Below, one piece after another: positions 58,913-64,000 of a stretch of 64,000 bases of DNA; the stretch's first letter is position 1, and every line of letters begins with the position of its first letter. The position numbers and the translations under genes were made by a program. The notes beneath the pieces were generated by a model. The model made no database searches, was not told the origin of the DNA, and saw only the letters and a program-made list of their open reading frames with translations. The stretch is from Balanoglossus misakiensis (taxonomy: Eukaryota > Animalia > Hemichordata), in the NCBI GenBank assembly GCA_040954595.2, contig CM082591.2, positions 3,643,957-3,707,956 on the forward strand, in the 5' to 3' direction.

Positions 58913-61900
58913 ATGTATGTATGTATGTATGTATGTATGTATGTATGTATGTATGTATGTATGTATGTATGTATGTATGTATGTATGTATGTATGTATGT
59001 ATGGATGGATGGATGGATGGATGGATGGATCGATGGATGGATGGATGCATTTTCTTTTCTTTTAGAAATACATTTGGTTCTTATGTTTTTCCATTTAGCT
59101 CCGTTGGCTGGATGAGGTAGATTCTGTTGAAGAAGACGAAACTATCCATGGAAATGTGGAGTGGGGTTTGGACAGGATTGATCAGGCTGACTTGCCTTTG
59201 GATAACGTTTATTCATCAGCACCACTAGGTAAATTTGCACCTTCTTTGGTATTAACTTGGCACTCATTTTTGAAATATTTGATGCCGGAATTGTTTTTTC
59301 TAATATAATGATCGATTTTCCTTAAGTAATAAACCTCAATGTTAAGTGCCCAGTAACCGTTAACAATACGTACAACTCTTTTTTTAAATCACTTATCACT
59401 TGGGAGTTTGACTTCGCCAGCTTTAGTTGAGTGTATGTTTATCAAAATGGTTAATTTGACTACTGTTAAAAAATATGATCACAATAACTTTAGTATTTTG
59501 TATTTCTTTATTTAAAGGGGATGGTAGCGGCGTGAATGTCTTTGTATTGGATACTGGCATACGTTTCACACATAGCGAGTTTGGTGGTAGAGCACAGACC
59601 TTCTTTGACGCCTTTTCAGATGGACAAAATGTAAGTTGCACTATAAGGAAATCATTTCAGAGTCAAATGTTTCTCACGAACACATTTCTATGACAAACTC
59701 ACAACTGAAATTGTTGAATGCCCTGTGTTTTTAATTTTTTGCAATGAACACGACAGTAACCAATTTATTTGAATACGGACTTGTATGTACCCCGTTTAAT
59801 TTGATCACTTTTAGAGTGTAATGTTACATTTGTACTGCAAAACTGCAAGTAACTTGCAAAATTATCACTGCAGTTTCAAAGAAATCATTTTAATAATTCG
59901 ATAATTCTGGATATCTTAAAAATCTCAAAATAGTTGCAATTGTGTGACTGTATGAAAAGGGAATGAAAAAGTTCGCCTGTTTTAAAAACACTATCACTTT
60001 CGATCCCTGTTGCGTTCGGGAGACAATACAATATTTCTGTTTTACGTTCTCATGTGAATAAATGCAATAACAATACTTCTGGATTTATTGCGTGTTTTTT
60101 TTCAGGGGAATGACTGTCAAGGACATGGTACTCACTGTGCTGGTACTATCGGTGGAAGCACTGTTGGTGTTGCACCTGGTGTCAATTTGTATGCGGGTCG
60201 TGTTTTGAATTGCCAAGGAAGTGGGTCAAACAGCGGCGTTATTGCAGGTAAGACTGAGCCATTGTAATTTGACGTCAATGATTACATCGAAATAATTGGC
60301 AAAACGAAACATTGTAATTAGCGTTGTTTTAATACAAGGTGAACGAAATATTTAGCGCGAAATCCGTACAAAATTGTTCCAAACTAAAATAAATCTCCTT
60401 CATAGACGCCCACAGCATCAAGCTTCTCATGATTTATCCCTACAGGTATGGATGCAGTCGCCGCTTCGAATAAGAAACCAGCAGTGGTCTCCATGTCGCT
60501 GGGCGGTGGGCACTCCTCGTCCACGAATTTGGCAGTCAAACGGTTAACCGATGCTGGGTACATCGTGGTTGTTGCTGCTGGAAACGAGGATACAGACGCC
60601 TGTAACACGTCACCTGCTTCGGCTCCTGAGGTATTACATTTGACGTATAGCAAAAACAATTAGAATATGTTGAAGCATGACTCCTAGCGGAAAGGTGACA
60701 TGCGATCACCAAGAATATGCGTGCCATCTGAGAAATGAATAAAATGCAGGTGTTAACGCCCTGTGTGTAGCTTTATCTGTTTGTAGCTAGCTCAGCAAAG
60801 TCATCTCCAAATCTTGTGAGTTCTGATTTTAATTTCACCGTGAAGTATCCGTATAGCGACGGTTAAAGTACCTTTCGCTCCATTGTACAAGTATTCGTTT
60901 CTGAAAATATCCTGCCCACGTCCATTGTCCATACTTAACTTCCACTATGTGTCATACATGCCCAGACTAAACCACAGCTGACTGATAGTTGGCTACTATT
61001 TATGTATGTTACAGGCAATTACGGTGGGAGCCACTCAATCTAACGATGCTTTAGCTGGGTATTCTAATTACGGCAGCTGTGTTAATATCCTGGCACCAGG
61101 AAGTGACGTCAGAAGTGCTTACCACACTGGGGACGGCAGCTACACCACTATGAGTGGAACCTCGATGGCAACTCCCCACGTTGCTGGTAAGTGTGCCTTG
61201 ATGTATTCTGAGGTCTTCATGTATACTAAGGGCATGCTGTAAGCAAATCTTTGTAAACCTAAATCACAATAAAATCTTGCAGTCCTCTGTTCATTCCCAA
61301 TGATGTCGACAGTGCCTGTTCCCGTAATAAATGTCTCTCTATTTCCTCAAGGTGTTGCCGCCCTGTTGCTTCAAGCGGATCCATCTCTCACACAATCGAC
61401 GATGTTAAACAAGTTGTTGGAAACTGCCCAAACAGGAAAAATCGACCTGTCCCGCCTGTCTGACAGTTCATCAACACCGAATAAACTCCTGAATCTTGCC
61501 GCTAATGGTGAGGAGAAACACATTTGTTTCAATACACCCTTTTTATTTAACCACTGTGGCGAGGAAACACCTTTCTTATTTATTTTAATGTCTATAAAAT
61601 AACAATATGAAGGTGATGCAATGTAATAGCAATCAACCCCGCGTAGGTGGGTATACCACTGGATATAGCACAATTCATTCCATATAGGGATAAACTGTGT
61701 TAACGCCATCTTGAAAATTTGCAGTGCATTATGGGTCAATTCCGGTTCCGGTTGGGGGGGGGGGAGTAGCGTCTACAACCTACCCATTTTCCAGCGGTTT
61801 AGTCAGATTTTCTTCATGTAACTACTACTACTAACGTTACTTGAAGAAAATCTGACAAAACCGCTGGAAAATTGGATAGATTGTAGACGCTACTCCCCCC

Positions 61901-62811
61901 CAACCGGAACTCAATTTACCCATAATGCACTGCAAATTTTCAAGATGGCGTTAACACAGTTTATCCCTATATGCACATGAAACGACTGAATATTTCAGAA
62001 TATTGTAATTGTAAACATTTTCCGTTTATTTGCCCACAATATGAAGGTGGAGGAGACAAAAAATGGCGAGACGATCTAAGATGTGGATCTGGCTACCCCC
62101 TCCCTGACGGCAGTCCAGCTGAATGTGACCCTAATGGTATCTATCCTTGTTGTTCACCTTATGCCTGGTGTGGTAACACCGCAGACCACTGTTCATGCTC
62201 CCAATGCATTGACTATAGAGGTGAGTAGGGTTTATTTTCCTGTGAAAACATTTTATCATTATGGGGAAAATATTCAACATGAGTAGAAGTGTTTACTGTG
62301 TATTACATCTGGGCAAATGGAGTTAATTCTTAGTATTAAATGCACATGTACTACGCACTTGCCATACATACATGCCTACCTACCTACCTACCTACATACA
62401 TACATACATACATACATACATACATACATACATACATACATACATACATACATAGACAAACTGTACATGTATATAATGTTTAATTGAATGTAATAAAGAA
62501 CGATTCAGGGGCAACGCAACATAATATTAAATGCATTGATCTTTCGTTTAGATTCCCAATCCGAATTGTGTTCGAATACGTGCCGTTACCCTGGAGATGG
62601 CGAATGTGATGATGGTGGACCCAATTCACAATACAGCCTCTGCGACTACGGAACCGACTGTGATGACTGTGGGCCACGCCCGCTTTTGTGTTCGGATACC
62701 TGCTCTTACCCTCGAGATGGCGAATGTGATGATGGCGGACCCAATTCGCAATACAGCGTCTGCGACTACGGAACCGACTGTGCTGACTGTGGACCCCGCA
62801 CTCCACAGTGA
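58196..62811 (+). CDS. Secreted S8A subtilisin paralog (copy 2) with 1 hevein-like module and 2 CDDGGP modules
   Basis: Exons 58196-58405, 58651-58800, 59099-59228, 59518-59630, 60106-60247, 60446-60630, 61015-61186, 61352-61507, 62047-62220, 62552-62811. Intact DTG / HGTH / [11 protein letters not shown] triad. Confidence 0.93.
58833..59046. repeat. Compound (TCTG)n(TATG)n(TGGA)n microsatellite
   Basis: Direct reading. Confidence 0.97.
61681..61973. mobile_element. ~290 bp fold-back MITE in a subtilisin copy 2 intron
   Basis: CATATAGGGATAAACTGTGTTAACGCCATCTTGAAAATTTGCAGTGCATTATGGGT arm pairs perfectly with the other end; pairing continues to a central CTACTACTACTA loop. Confidence 0.9.
62363..62453. 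repeat. (CCTA)n(CATA)n microsatellite
   Basis: Direct reading; a shorter counterpart lies at ~49064-49100. Confidence 0.9.
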
Positions 62812-63400
62812 ATCCGCTTTCACTGAAACTCAACAGGGAACATAGACGTCCCTCGCGGTTAAACTGCGATGCATGCATGCATGAAAAAATGGCTATTGAT
62901 TACAATTTTTGACTTTCGATCCTTCTCGTAGTAAATAGTATTTCAAACATCACGCCTGCACGGGCCAGTCTCTTGCAGTTATCGTTGGTGTTGTTATTAT
63001 CTTTTGGGAATAAACATATTGGTTATGGCACTAGTATGTTGTCATTGCATTCATTTTTTGTTGTTGCTGAATAGCGGAAAGTCATTAGTTCCTATTTTCC
63101 TCATACAACCTTAATTTCTAGAGATTGACCAGGTTGAATACCTTTCGAAAACGGAGAAGTGACATTATCGGAAATTGCGAATTTATAACTTTTAAACGTT
63201 TTGAGGATGTTGGACATTACGTCAACGGGAAAAAAACTCTACCCTACTCATTTCATTCACCTCTTCAATCAAATAAAATTGATGTAATATTCGTCGTGCA
63301 GCGAAGGTGCCCCACAGCCAAAGATTTTTCGACACCCACCCATTAAATGTTACTCAAGAAAGAGGCACCTTGACTTAGCGAAACAAATTCCATGCATTTC

Positions 63401-63887
63401 TTAGTGATGATGGGCTCTCCAAACAGGGTGTGTGGATCTTCCTGTTTGGATTGAGTCGTACGCAATGTTGTCCACAAATCCAGTACCGCAGCAGGCGTCT
63501 GGGATATTGTCGTGGTTGAGTTCCCTTTTCACGGTTTCGTAACCATGCACTTCGTATATGCAACTGCCATTGTTCTTAAGGGTTGTTCTTGCGCCACCGG
63601 GCGTTTCGCAGGTTACCTTGGTGACGTCAGTATGCTGGCACTGTCCATCACCAGGACACTCCGAGTTGTTCCGCCGGGGAGATTTCTCATGCTGCGCCGT
63701 TCCCGCAGAACGCTCTTGCCGATCGCGCGGGCAAAGCACGGTCAAATTCTTCGAGGGTGTCATCACCATCTCGGATGCGGGCACCCCGTTTGCGACAGTT
63801 CCCTCTTGGGCGCGATTTGCGATGACTTCGCTAGAATCATAGTTGCCTATTCGTCGTATGCTCTGTTTTGGGAGTCGTCGAATAAGA
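63401..63887 (-). CDS. Probable terminal exon of a gene entering from the right; resembles a Tyr-motif-bearing cytoplasmic tail
   Basis: GC-rich open frame of ~160 codons after a possible AAG acceptor at 63888; CIYEV, GYETV and DNIAYDSI motifs; no recognisable domain. Confidence 0.4.
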
Positions 63888-64000
63888 CTTGTTAAACCGA
63901 CATTACGCTTCTCTAAATTCCTTTAAAGAATAAAGGAGAAGGTTAATTAAATGCGGTACTTATAATAAATTAACTAACTTGTTATTTCTTCTTCACAACA

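Overview
Eukaryotic, intron-rich, AT-rich genomic DNA. Gene content and repeat landscape suggest a marine invertebrate deuterostome such as a hemichordate (inference only). Left to right: 5' exons of a putative organelle-targeted radical-SAM (ArsS-like) gene (-); Caprin (-); Suv4-20/KMT5B with a very long repeat-containing tail (-); a divergent CYTH/CyaB-like gene (+); MCM9 (-); an unrecognised Trp-rich three-repeat protein (-); secreted subtilisin copy 1 (+); myotrophin (-); tRNA-Ala(TGC) (+); an intronless TRIM-NHL gene (-); subtilisin copy 2 (+); and a probable last exon of a further gene (-). Many small non-autonomous DNA transposons are present (piggyBac-like, TTAA/Kolobok-like, Tc1/mariner-like, Helentron-like, fold-backs). 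The most striking observation is that the intronless TRIM-NHL gene sits in a 3.6 kb segment bounded by the intact tRNA-Ala and an exact 23-bp copy of that tRNA's 3' end (T-arm to discriminator). This is the attL/attR-like layout of tRNA-integrating islands in prokaryotes. All exon models and alignments were read by eye; no database searches were run.
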